Assembly (NCBI GenBank): GCA_045580085.1
Contig: JAZNND010000039.1
Span: forward strand, 11,387-75,386
Direction: 5' to 3'
Origin: Eubacteriales bacterium
GTDB taxonomy: Bacteria > Bacillota > Clostridia > Oscillospirales > CAG-272
DNA length: 64,000 nucleotides
Shown: positions 53,913-62,811 of the stretch, piece by piece
Position numbering within the stretch: position 1 is the stretch's first letter
Layout of the letters: every line of letters starts with the position of its first letter
The notes under the pieces: model-generated
Databases searched by the model: none
What the model was told of the DNA's origin: nothing
The model's input: the letters and a program-made list of their open reading frames with translations, nothing else
Translations under genes and position numbers: made by a program

Positions 53913-54761
53913 ATGAGTCAGAATGGCCTAAAGGAGATGGAATACGAATATACCGCTTCGGGCGTTCGTATGACATTGATGCGCGGTTCGCTTCCGCTGC
54001 CGCCTAAAAAGAGGTTGAGCGATAAGTTTCATACTCATGCATGGTATGAGCTGTTTTATGCCGACGGTTGTGAGACGGATATTTATTTTGAACAGGAAAA
54101 AGTGCTGTTAACACCGAGGCATTTTTTACTTATGGCACCCGAAACGGTGCATTACGCCGAAGAGGTTCCGGATCCATCCAAGCTTCTTGTGTGCACCTTT
54201 ACGGCGGAATTTTCGGAAAAGAGCGATGCCGGTGCTTCTCTCGCCGATTTTTTAAGAGGTGCGCCTTATCGCACTTTTGCGGCGGATGAGATGTGCATGC
54301 TGCTCATGCGCGGTCTTTGCGCCTCTTTGAGAGAGGGCGACGGTGCTTCGGCGGGCAGTTATTTGGTTGCGCTTCTTTACCGCGGCGTTTCGATTTGCAA
54401 TAAAACCGCGGTGGCAAAAGCGCAGAACAGCGATAGCCGTATGGGGCGTATTTACAAGATTGAGCAGATGCTGTTCGGGTTTTATAATCAAGAGCTTCCT
54501 TTATCTTTTTTGGCTGAGCAACTTCACCTTTCGGAGCGTCAGCTTTCACGCGTTTTTAAGCAACAATACGGTGTGGGTTATCGCGAGAAAAACCGCGAGC
54601 TCCGCATGCGTTCCGCCGCGCGTAGGCTTATGAAGGGTGAGAGCGTTAAAGAGATTGCCAAAGCGGTGGGCTATAGCTCGGAAAGTGCGTTTTATGCCGC
54701 ATTTAAAAGTTATTTCGGTCTTTCTCCCGCCGCGTATCGGTCGGAGAAACGAAAAAAATAG
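53913..54761 (+). CDS. AraC family transcriptional regulator
   Basis: 282 aa with a GGAGG SD. C-terminal HTH 'IAKAVGYSSESAFYAAFKSYFGLSPAAYR'. Confidence 0.85.
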   Translation: MSQNGLKEMEYEYTASGVRMTLMRGSLPLPPKKRLSDKFHTHAWYELFYADGCETDIYFEQEKVLLTPRHFLLMAPETVHYAEEVPDPSKLLVCTFTAEFSEKSDAGASLADFLRGAPYRTFAADEMCMLLMRGLCASLREGDGASAGSYLVALLYRGVSICNKTAVAKAQNSDSRMGRIYKIEQMLFGFYNQELPLSFLAEQLHLSERQLSRVFKQQYGVGYREKNRELRMRSAARRLMKGESVKEIAKAVGYSSESAFYAAFKSYFGLSPAAYRSEKRKK

Positions 54762-54776
54762 AAGGAGATATCCTCT

Positions 54777-55997
54777 TTGAAAAACGATGTTTTAAACAAT
54801 AAAATACTGACCGTTGTGTCTGCTTCTCTTCGTTCGGCGGCACTCTTGTGTGCCACAGGATCTCTTATGCAGACGTTTCTTGCGGTGCTTGGCTTTTCGC
54901 AAAGTGAGATTTATATCCATTCAACTCTGTTGCAAGCGGCAAATGTTTTGACCATTCTCATCGGTTCGCGTTTTGCCGACAAGGGCAATCTCATCAAGCG
55001 TGCCGCGCTTATGGTGGTGTTTTTGGGTGCGTTTTTCTTTGCGTATTTGCCTTTATGCTTGGCGCGTTCCACGACAACAGCGGCGTTCGTTCTTCTTATC
55101 GCCGTGAGTATAGCGCAGTCCATTTTTACGGCACTTCATACCGTTTGCGAGTATAAGATTCCTTATTTTACGTTTCGTATAGAAGATTATGGCGGTATTA
55201 CGGCTCTTTCGGGCATCATTATTGCGGGTGTCACCTTTGCGGTCGGCGCACTTGTAACGGCACTTTCCACTCGGTTTGACTACATATCTTTGATGTTTTT
55301 TGCTTTTTGCATTTCGGGTGGGTTTATGCTTCTTGCCGCCTTTTTGCAATATAAACTTCGTTCCTTAATTGATATGAGTGCTGTGCAAGAGGACGGCGCG
55401 CACCGTGAAAACAAAAAACGCGTGCCGCTTTGGGACGTGTTCCGCCATCCCGCTTTTGCCCAGCTTTGCGTGGCGCATCTGTTTCGCGGATTTGCGGGAG
55501 GTGTGATCGGCGTGCTTGCCGTGGTGGCAATCGGCATTGGTTTTAACGCGACCGTGACCAGTGCCATGGTATCGGTTTCCTCAGTGGCGATGCTTGCCGC
55601 TTGTGCGCTTTACGGGATTTCTGCGCGATATATCCATCCGCGCTTCGTGATCTTCGCGGGAAGCGTTTTGATTTTGCTTTTGCCGTTTTTGTTCTTTGTG
55701 AAAAATTCCGTTCTTTTTTTGGCTCTTTACGCTGCGATTTTCTTTGGGCGCACCCTTGTAGATTACGCCGTGCCAACGGCAATGGTCTACGTGGTGCCGG
55801 TTGAGATTGCGGGCCCTTATAACGCTTGGCGCATGGTGCTCAACAATGGCGGTATGCTTTTGTCGACTGCAGTGGCGAGTGTCATTCAAAACGATTTTGT
55901 ACTGATTTGGATCGCGTTTGTTTGTTCTCTCGTTTCGGGAGCGTTCTATCTTTGGGCAGGGGTTATGCGTAAGAGCAAAAACCGTGTTAGTTATTGA
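54777..55997 (+). CDS. MFS transporter
   Basis: 406 aa with a TTG start 9 nt after AAGGAG. About 12 hydrophobic helices. Confidence 0.65.
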   Translation: MKNDVLNNKILTVVSASLRSAALLCATGSLMQTFLAVLGFSQSEIYIHSTLLQAANVLTILIGSRFADKGNLIKRAALMVVFLGAFFFAYLPLCLARSTTTAAFVLLIAVSIAQSIFTALHTVCEYKIPYFTFRIEDYGGITALSGIIIAGVTFAVGALVTALSTRFDYISLMFFAFCISGGFMLLAAFLQYKLRSLIDMSAVQEDGAHRENKKRVPLWDVFRHPAFAQLCVAHLFRGFAGGVIGVLAVVAIGIGFNATVTSAMVSVSSVAMLAACALYGISARYIHPRFVIFAGSVLILLLPFLFFVKNSVLFLALYAAIFFGRTLVDYAVPTAMVYVVPVEIAGPYNAWRMVLNNGGMLLSTAVASVIQNDFVLIWIAFVCSLVSGAFYLWAGVMRKSKNRVSY

Positions 55998-56030
55998 ATA
56001 TTATATTCTTGTTTTAAAAGGAGAATCCGT

Positions 56031-57161
56031 ATGAAAAAGTTATCCGTTCTTGATAAGAGAATCATCATGGAAAAGCCCGATTCGGTGCACAACTACTTTG
56101 CATGGCCGACCGTGATAACCTTGCGTGACGGTACGCTTGCCGCGGTTGCTTCGGGCTTTCGCTTTGACCATGTTTGCCCTTTCGGCAAGTCTGTCATTTC
56201 TTACAGCTATGACGGGGGAAAGAACTGGAGCGAGCCTGCTGCCGTGATCGATACCATCCTTGACGACCGTGACGCGGGCATTCTGAACTTCGGCGAAAAT
56301 GACGTTATTTTTACTTCCTTCAACAATTCGATTGCCTTCCAAAAGGGCAACGCCGGCACAAGAGAGGGAACGAATTTTGATTATATGCGCGCGTATCTTG
56401 CGCATGTCGAGAAATATGCCGATCTTGAAAAAGCGCAGATCGGTTCCACCTTTAAATTCAGCCGTGACGGCGGAAAAACCTGGGAAAAGACCATTCACCG
56501 TTCTCCCGTCACCTCCCCCCACGGTCCGTTGGAAACCGCAGACGGCAGACTTATTTATATCGGTAATGTGTTCGGTGTGTCTCCTTCGGTGCTTGAAAGC
56601 TGGGAGATCGACGGCAAGACGGGAGAAATGGTGAAGCTCGGCACGGTTCCCCCCATTGAGGGCGGTAAGTATCCTTCCTACGAGCCCCATGCCATTGAGC
56701 TTAAAGATGGGCGTATTCTTCTCATCATTCGCACCGATCATCAACCTCAAAATGCTACTTGGCAAAATGCCTACGATCTTTTTACGGTATATGAAAGCAT
56801 TTCTTGCGATGGCGGCAGAACCTTCAGCGTTCCTGCGCCTCTTACCCTTACGGAAGAGAGCTCCGCGGTTGCTGATCCCGCCACGCTTGGCGCGCCTCCG
56901 CACCTCTTCCGCCATTCCTCGGGGAAACTCATTCTTTCTTGTGCCACGCGCTTGCGCCCCTTTGGCATTCACATCCTCACGAGTACCGATGAGGGCAAGA
57001 GTTGGGATGTTCATGTGCTGACGCACGACGTTCCCGACACGGCGGACTTGGGATATCCAGCCACAACCGAGCTTTCGGACGGATCGCTCTATACCGTTTG
57101 GTATCAGCATACCGCGCTCGGTGAACCTGCGGTGATCTATGGCGCGAGGTGGACTTTTTAA
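56031..57161 (+). CDS. BNR/Asp-box sialidase-fold protein, paralog 1
   Basis: 376 aa. Asp-boxes SYDGGKNW, SRDGGKTW, SCDGGRTF, STDEGKSW. No signal peptide. Confidence 0.7.
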   Translation: MKKLSVLDKRIIMEKPDSVHNYFAWPTVITLRDGTLAAVASGFRFDHVCPFGKSVISYSYDGGKNWSEPAAVIDTILDDRDAGILNFGENDVIFTSFNNSIAFQKGNAGTREGTNFDYMRAYLAHVEKYADLEKAQIGSTFKFSRDGGKTWEKTIHRSPVTSPHGPLETADGRLIYIGNVFGVSPSVLESWEIDGKTGEMVKLGTVPPIEGGKYPSYEPHAIELKDGRILLIIRTDHQPQNATWQNAYDLFTVYESISCDGGRTFSVPAPLTLTEESSAVADPATLGAPPHLFRHSSGKLILSCATRLRPFGIHILTSTDEGKSWDVHVLTHDVPDTADLGYPATTELSDGSLYTVWYQHTALGEPAVIYGARWTF

Positions 57162-57188
57162 AACTGTGCGATTGGGGAAAATTACGAA

Positions 57189-58352
57189 ATGAAAAGATGC
57201 CATATCCTTGAAAAAACCGTTGTGATGCAAAAGCCCGATTCGGCGCACAACTATTTTGGCTGGCCGTCGATCGCCAAGCTTCCCGACGGTACGCTTTTGG
57301 CGGGTGCCTCGGGCTTCCGTATTGACCATGTCTGTCCTTTCGGCAAGGCGGTGCTTTCCTACAGCTATGACGAAGGCAAAACCTGGACAGCACCCATCCC
57401 CGTGATCGATACGCCGCTGGATGACCGCGATCTCGGACTTTTAGCGTACGGTGAAAATAAGGTGATTTGCACCTCTTTCAATAACAGCGTGGAGTTTCAG
57501 CGGTTGTGGCTCAGCTGGCGCGAGGAGAACCTTAAAAAAATGGAAGGGGAGAGTGCCAAAAGGGAAGCCGCGGCGCAGGCATACGTGCGCGCGTATTTGG
57601 ACTATGCGGATGTGTTTTATCCGAACCACGACGATTTTTACGGTTCGACCTTCCGCATGAGCTCTGACGGCGGCAAAACTTGGGGAGATTTAAAGTATTC
57701 TCCCGTCACCTGTCCGCACGGACCTTTGGCAACGGCGGATGGCAGACTCATTTACGTCGGCACTCCGATGGCGGATATTAAGCGCAAAGCCGCCGATCCG
57801 CGCATCCGCGCCTATGAGATTGCCGAGGACGGCACGATGACCGAGCTTGGCATCATTCCTCCCATTTCGGATGCGTACGGTAAGATCACTTCTTGCGAGC
57901 CGCATGCCATCGCATTAAGTAACGGCGACATTTTGGTACATATTCGCGCCGAGCGCAGAAAGAGCGAAAAAGATGTCTTTACGATCTACCAAACGGTGTC
58001 GAAAGATGGCGGAAGAAGCTTCCCCGTGCCCACACCCATCGTTCTTTCCAATGAGCAAGAGGTCGACAAAACCTTCCTTGGTGCGCCGCCTCACATCATG
58101 CGTCATTCCTCGGGTGCACTCTTTTGCCTTGTCGGCGTGCGCGACGGTAATGTCGGCGTTCGTGTTTTGAAGAGCGTCAACGAAGGAGAAAGCTGGGAAG
58201 TCATGGTGCTGACCGATGACGCGGTGAGCAACGATATCGGCTATCCTTCCACCGCCGAGCTTTCGGACGGCTCCTTCTACACTGTTTGGTACGAACGCCC
58301 TAACGACGAAGAGCCGGCAACCATACGCGGCGTCAGATGGATGGAAGGATAA
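57189..58352 (+). CDS. BNR/Asp-box sialidase-fold protein, paralog 2
   Basis: 387 aa, collinear with paralog 1 (SYDEGKTW, SSDGGKTW, SKDGGRSF, SVNEGESW). Confidence 0.7.
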   Translation: MKRCHILEKTVVMQKPDSAHNYFGWPSIAKLPDGTLLAGASGFRIDHVCPFGKAVLSYSYDEGKTWTAPIPVIDTPLDDRDLGLLAYGENKVICTSFNNSVEFQRLWLSWREENLKKMEGESAKREAAAQAYVRAYLDYADVFYPNHDDFYGSTFRMSSDGGKTWGDLKYSPVTCPHGPLATADGRLIYVGTPMADIKRKAADPRIRAYEIAEDGTMTELGIIPPISDAYGKITSCEPHAIALSNGDILVHIRAERRKSEKDVFTIYQTVSKDGGRSFPVPTPIVLSNEQEVDKTFLGAPPHIMRHSSGALFCLVGVRDGNVGVRVLKSVNEGESWEVMVLTDDAVSNDIGYPSTAELSDGSFYTVWYERPNDEEPATIRGVRWMEG

Positions 58353-58375
58353 AAAGCAAAGAGAGGTTTACAAAA

Positions 58376-59491
58376 GTGAAGAAAATTGAGCTGAAAGATA
58401 AAAAAGTGATCATGTCAAATCCGATGTCGGTGCACAACTATTTTGCTTGGCCTTCGGTGGCGAGACTCAAAAACGGTGTGCTCGCGGCGGTTGCTTCCGG
58501 TTTTCGTATGGAGCATATCTGCCCATTCGGCAAAACGGTTATCTCTTACAGTTATGACGAGGGAAAGACTTGGACTCTCCCGACGCCCGTTATTGATACG
58601 GTCTTAGATGACCGCGACGGCGGTATTCTTGCGTTTGGAGAATCGAGTGTGATTGTAACCTCCTTTAATAATTCCTTGGAGCGACAAGAGGAGTGGTCGG
58701 AATATTGGTTGAAGCCCGGCAACACGCGCCGCAATTACATCAACGGCTATATCGAACGCATTCACGCACAAGAGGATGAGCGCAAATATCTTGGCTCGAC
58801 CTTCCGCATCAGCCACGATAACGGTGTCAGCTGGGGACCGCTGATGAAATCTCCCATTACCTGTCCTCACGGTCCGCTTTTAACTGCTGACGGCAGGATC
58901 ATCTACATCGGAAGAACCTTTTCCGATCCTGTTTTGCCGCCCGTGCCGGATGAGATCCGCGCCTATGAGATCAACGGTGAGACGGGTGAGATGACCTATC
59001 TTGGCACGCTTCCCCATGTTGCCGACGATGGCGAAGGCAAATTCGGAGAGTACGAACCCCATGCTTTGATGCTTCCTTCGGGGAAAATCATCGTGCATGT
59101 CCGTGTGGAGCGCGGTGCTGACAACACAAGCGACAAGGTCTTTGCGGTGGCGCAAACCGAATCTTATGACGGCGGCAAAACGTTCACCCCCCTTCACTAC
59201 ATTCACGAATCCAAAACGATCGGTGCGCCCGCGCATATTCTGCGCCATTCCTCGGGTAAGCTCATTTCGGTGGTGGGGGATCGCATGGAGCCTTTTGGCA
59301 TCCGCGCTCTCATCAGCTCCGACGAGGGTGAAAGCTGGGAGGCGTATATTCTTGATGACGACGGCAAGCTACCCGATATCGGTTATCCCGCGACGGTAGA
59401 GCTTTCGGACGGCTCGCTTTATACCGTTTGGTATCAGCATCCCGAAAAGGGACAGCCCAGTCTTATCTTTGGCGCGAACTGGAAACTTTGA
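58376..59491 (+). CDS. BNR/Asp-box sialidase-fold protein, paralog 3
   Basis: A GTG start at 58376 gives an N-terminus (VKKIELKDKKVIMSNP) collinear with paralogs 1 and 2. The track start at 58337 overlaps the upstream gene. Confidence 0.65.
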   Translation: MKKIELKDKKVIMSNPMSVHNYFAWPSVARLKNGVLAAVASGFRMEHICPFGKTVISYSYDEGKTWTLPTPVIDTVLDDRDGGILAFGESSVIVTSFNNSLERQEEWSEYWLKPGNTRRNYINGYIERIHAQEDERKYLGSTFRISHDNGVSWGPLMKSPITCPHGPLLTADGRIIYIGRTFSDPVLPPVPDEIRAYEINGETGEMTYLGTLPHVADDGEGKFGEYEPHALMLPSGKIIVHVRVERGADNTSDKVFAVAQTESYDGGKTFTPLHYIHESKTIGAPAHILRHSSGKLISVVGDRMEPFGIRALISSDEGESWEAYILDDDGKLPDIGYPATVELSDGSLYTVWYQHPEKGQPSLIFGANWKL

Positions 59492-59525
59492 TTTTTTTTG
59501 AAAAAAGTAAAGGTGGGTTTACAAA

Positions 59526-59984
59526 ATGATATTTGATAGCATGAAAAACGCAGCACTTTATGACGGTGCACATCCGCTTATGGCGGCAGGTTTTGCTTTG
59601 GCGGAGCAACTGATCAAGGAAAAAGCTCCTGCGGGCAGATATGAGGGTGAGGACGGCGTTTACGCCATGGTGCAGGAATACGATTCCGCTGTAAAAGCAT
59701 CCGATGAGGTGCGCTTTGAAGCGCACAGAGAATATATCGATGTGCAAATCCTTCTTTCGGGTAAGGAGACGGTGCTCGTTGCCTACGAGCCCGATTGCAA
59801 GATGGATACCCCTTATACGCCCGACTATGCGCTTTACACTCCCGATGTTTTTCCCGTACAAAAGTTAACGCTTGCAGATGGCACATTCGCTGTCTTTTTC
59901 CCGCTTGACGCGCACGCGCCGGGGCTTGCATATGAAGGCAAGAGCGAGCATGTTTCGAAAATCGTGGTGAAGATTCCGGTATAA
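59526..59984 (+). CDS. YhcH/YjgK/YiaL (DUF386) family protein
   Basis: 152 aa. 'RFEAHREYIDVQILLSGKE' and 'FAVFFPLDAH' are typical of the family. Confidence 0.75.
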   Translation: MIFDSMKNAALYDGAHPLMAAGFALAEQLIKEKAPAGRYEGEDGVYAMVQEYDSAVKASDEVRFEAHREYIDVQILLSGKETVLVAYEPDCKMDTPYTPDYALYTPDVFPVQKLTLADGTFAVFFPLDAHAPGLAYEGKSEHVSKIVVKIPV

Positions 59985-60001
59985 GCGAATCAAAATGAAA
60001 G

Positions 60002-60037
60002 ACGGAACCGAGTGATTGGCTCGGTTCCGTTTTTTTA
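60002..60037 (+). terminator. Rho-independent terminator
   Basis: acggaaccgag/ctcggttccgt followed by TTTTTTT. Confidence 0.8.
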
Positions 60038-60251
60038 AAAATTAAGAGCAAGGGTTTTGCAGAATAAAACCGTGTCTTGCTTTCATTGCATCTTCGCACG
60101 CTTTTTCGGCACAAGGCTCGATAAACAGCCAAGAACGTGCGGATGTTTTTCGTAAGGGAAATTTTCCAAAAGCTCTTTACAAAACCAAAGAATTTGATAT
60201 AATATTATTTGAAGTATTTTCCAAACAGAGATGGGAAAGGAAGAAACGGGG

Positions 60252-62798
60252 ATGGCACTTTACAAAGGTCAAAAAACCAAAGAAATTATTTTTCCGCTTG
60301 GCGGTATGGGGACGGGTTCGATCGGTCTTTGCGGCAACGGTATGCTTGCCGATTTTGAGATCTTTAACCGCCCGAATAAAGGTTCGCTCAACGGTATGAG
60401 TTTTCTTGCGGTGCGCGCCGAGGATGAAAACGGCGTGATAGACACTCGTGTTTTGAACGGCGATTATCTCAAAAGTTACATGGGCTTTTATCAGCAAGGC
60501 TTGTACCACGGCTACGGCTTCGGTCCGCAAAGAGAGACGATGGCGGGCTTCCCGCATTTCAAAAGCTCGGATTTTAAAGGCGAGTTCCCCTTTGCAACCC
60601 TCCGCTTTTCGGATGATGCATTTCCCGGGAAAGTAACCGAGTGTGCGTATAATCCTTTTATTCCGAATGACGACAAAAACTCTTCCTTGCCGATCGCGTT
60701 TTTTGATATTACCTTCGAGAATACAACCGAAAAGACCTTGACATACACTGCGGCGTTTTCTTTTGAAAATCCGTATGGGGAGAGCATCAACCGCAATATT
60801 TCAAAGGGCTCTCTTCAAGCTGTTATGCTGTCTCACGCCACGGCGAAAAAGGACAGCCCCGCCTACGGTGATATTACGCTCGCGTCAAACGACGAGGATG
60901 CCTTCGTGCAGACCTATTGGTATCGCGGTGAGTGGATGGACGGGATTACGGTATTTTGGAATCAGTTTACCTCGATGCATGAGATTCCCGACCGTACGTA
61001 CACCGAGAAACGGCGGGCGGATGTTGCGTCTGTTTTCTCGCGCGTGAAGGTTGCGCCGCATCAAAAAGGAAAGGCGCGCTTTGTTCTTGCTTGGAACAAC
61101 CCTATTTGCGAAAAGTATTGGTCTGCGCCTGCCGAGGACGGAAGCCGTTACACTTGGAAAAACTATTATGCGACACTTTTCCGCGACTCCGCCGTGACCG
61201 CGCGTTACGCGCTTCGCAAACGCGGTATGCTGTATCGCAAGAGTCTTGCCTTTAAAAATGCCATGCAGTCCGTTACCGCGGATGCGGCGGTGAAAGATGC
61301 GGCTCTTTCCAATCTTTCCGTTTTGAAATCGCCTACCGTCTTGCGTTTGGAGGACGGCAGCCTTTGGGCTTGGGAAGGCGTGCATGAAAAGTACGGTTCT
61401 TGCGAGGGCACGTGTACCCATGTTTGGACTTATGCTTATGCGCTTGCGTATCTTTTCCCGCATATTGAGAGAGGGATGCGCGAGACCGAATACACCTATG
61501 ATACCCGTGCTGACGGTGCGGTTCGTTTCCGTACACCTTTGCCGCGCACCGAAGAGGTGCCGCCAAACACCACGCCTTGCGTGGACGGACAGATGGGCGG
61601 CGTAATCAAGACCTACCGCGAGTGGAAGCTTTCGGGCGACACGGAATGGTTGAAGTCTGTTTATTCTGTGATGAAGAAAACGCTTGACTTTGCGCGGGAT
61701 AAAAATTCCGCTTGGCAATGGGATGCCGACGGCGACGGCGTTCTCGAAGGCAGACAGCATCATACGTTGGATATGGAGCTGTTCGGTCCTTCTGCATGGC
61801 TTGAGGGATTTTATATCGCGGCACTCCGCGCTTGCGCCGAAATGGCAGACGCTGTGGGAGATGCCGACGGTGCGCTCTACAGAAGCCTTGCCGACAAGGG
61901 CTCGGCTTATTTGGAAAAAGAGCTCTTCAACGGAAGCTATTACATACAAAAGGTAGACTTGAAGGATCTTTCCAAGCTGGATGCGTATGAGGGTGCTGCT
62001 GAAAAATATGCCAATTATGAGGCAGGAGAGCTGAAATATCAGATCGGCGACGGCTGTGCGCTTGACCAGATGCTTGCCGAATGGCACGCGCATTTGTGCG
62101 GACTGCCGGCGGTGTTCGATGAGGCGCACCGCAAAACGGCACTCGCCTTTCTTTATCGCCACAATTTCTTTCCTTCCGTGCGCGGCGTGCTTAATTGTTG
62201 GCGTAATTTTACACTCAACGACGAAAGCGGCGCGATGATTTGTACCTATCCGAACAAGGAAACGAGACCTAAGATTCCGCTTCCTTATGCGGAAGAGTGC
62301 ATGCACGGCTTTGAGTATGCTTTTGCGGGCTTGCTTCTTGCCGAAGGCATGACGGAGGAAGGACTTTCGGTGGTTCGTTCGGTCAGAGACCGTTATGACG
62401 GCGAAAAGCGTAATCCCTATAATGAGATGGAATGCGGTTCAAACTATGCGCGCTCCATGGCGGCGTTCGCGCTTTTGCCTATTCTTGCGGGATTCTCGTT
62501 TGATATGACGCGCGGTTATATCGGTTTTGCTCCCCGTGTGCGTGATGCGAAGGGAAGCTTTTCTTCCGTTTTTGGTGCCGCCGATGCGTTCGGTAAAATC
62601 AAGAGTGACACGGATGAGACCGTTTTGACACTTCTTTCGGGCAAGCTTTGCCTCTCTTCTTTCGGATTGCCCGAACAAAAAGAGGTTGCCGCTGTTTGGG
62701 CAGACGGTGTTGCGTGCCGTTTCTCACAAGAAAACAGAAAGCTTTCTTTTGCTAACTTGGAGTTTGCAAAAACACTTAAAATTGTTTATAAAAAGTAA
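60252..62798 (+). CDS. GH116-like (GBA2-type) glycoside hydrolase
   Basis: About 848 aa. 'FPLGGMGTGSIGLCGNGMLADFEIFNRPNKG' is the characteristic GH116 N-terminal domain. The ATG at 60252 has the better SD (AAGGAAG); 60231 is also possible. Confidence 0.75.
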   Translation: MALYKGQKTKEIIFPLGGMGTGSIGLCGNGMLADFEIFNRPNKGSLNGMSFLAVRAEDENGVIDTRVLNGDYLKSYMGFYQQGLYHGYGFGPQRETMAGFPHFKSSDFKGEFPFATLRFSDDAFPGKVTECAYNPFIPNDDKNSSLPIAFFDITFENTTEKTLTYTAAFSFENPYGESINRNISKGSLQAVMLSHATAKKDSPAYGDITLASNDEDAFVQTYWYRGEWMDGITVFWNQFTSMHEIPDRTYTEKRRADVASVFSRVKVAPHQKGKARFVLAWNNPICEKYWSAPAEDGSRYTWKNYYATLFRDSAVTARYALRKRGMLYRKSLAFKNAMQSVTADAAVKDAALSNLSVLKSPTVLRLEDGSLWAWEGVHEKYGSCEGTCTHVWTYAYALAYLFPHIERGMRETEYTYDTRADGAVRFRTPLPRTEEVPPNTTPCVDGQMGGVIKTYREWKLSGDTEWLKSVYSVMKKTLDFARDKNSAWQWDADGDGVLEGRQHHTLDMELFGPSAWLEGFYIAALRACAEMADAVGDADGALYRSLADKGSAYLEKELFNGSYYIQKVDLKDLSKLDAYEGAAEKYANYEAGELKYQIGDGCALDQMLAEWHAHLCGLPAVFDEAHRKTALAFLYRHNFFPSVRGVLNCWRNFTLNDESGAMICTYPNKETRPKIPLPYAEECMHGFEYAFAGLLLAEGMTEEGLSVVRSVRDRYDGEKRNPYNEMECGSNYARSMAAFALLPILAGFSFDMTRGYIGFAPRVRDAKGSFSSVFGAADAFGKIKSDTDETVLTLLSGKLCLSSFGLPEQKEVAAVWADGVACRFSQENRKLSFANLEFAKTLKIVYKK

Positions 62799-62811
62799 AG
62801 GATACATAGAA

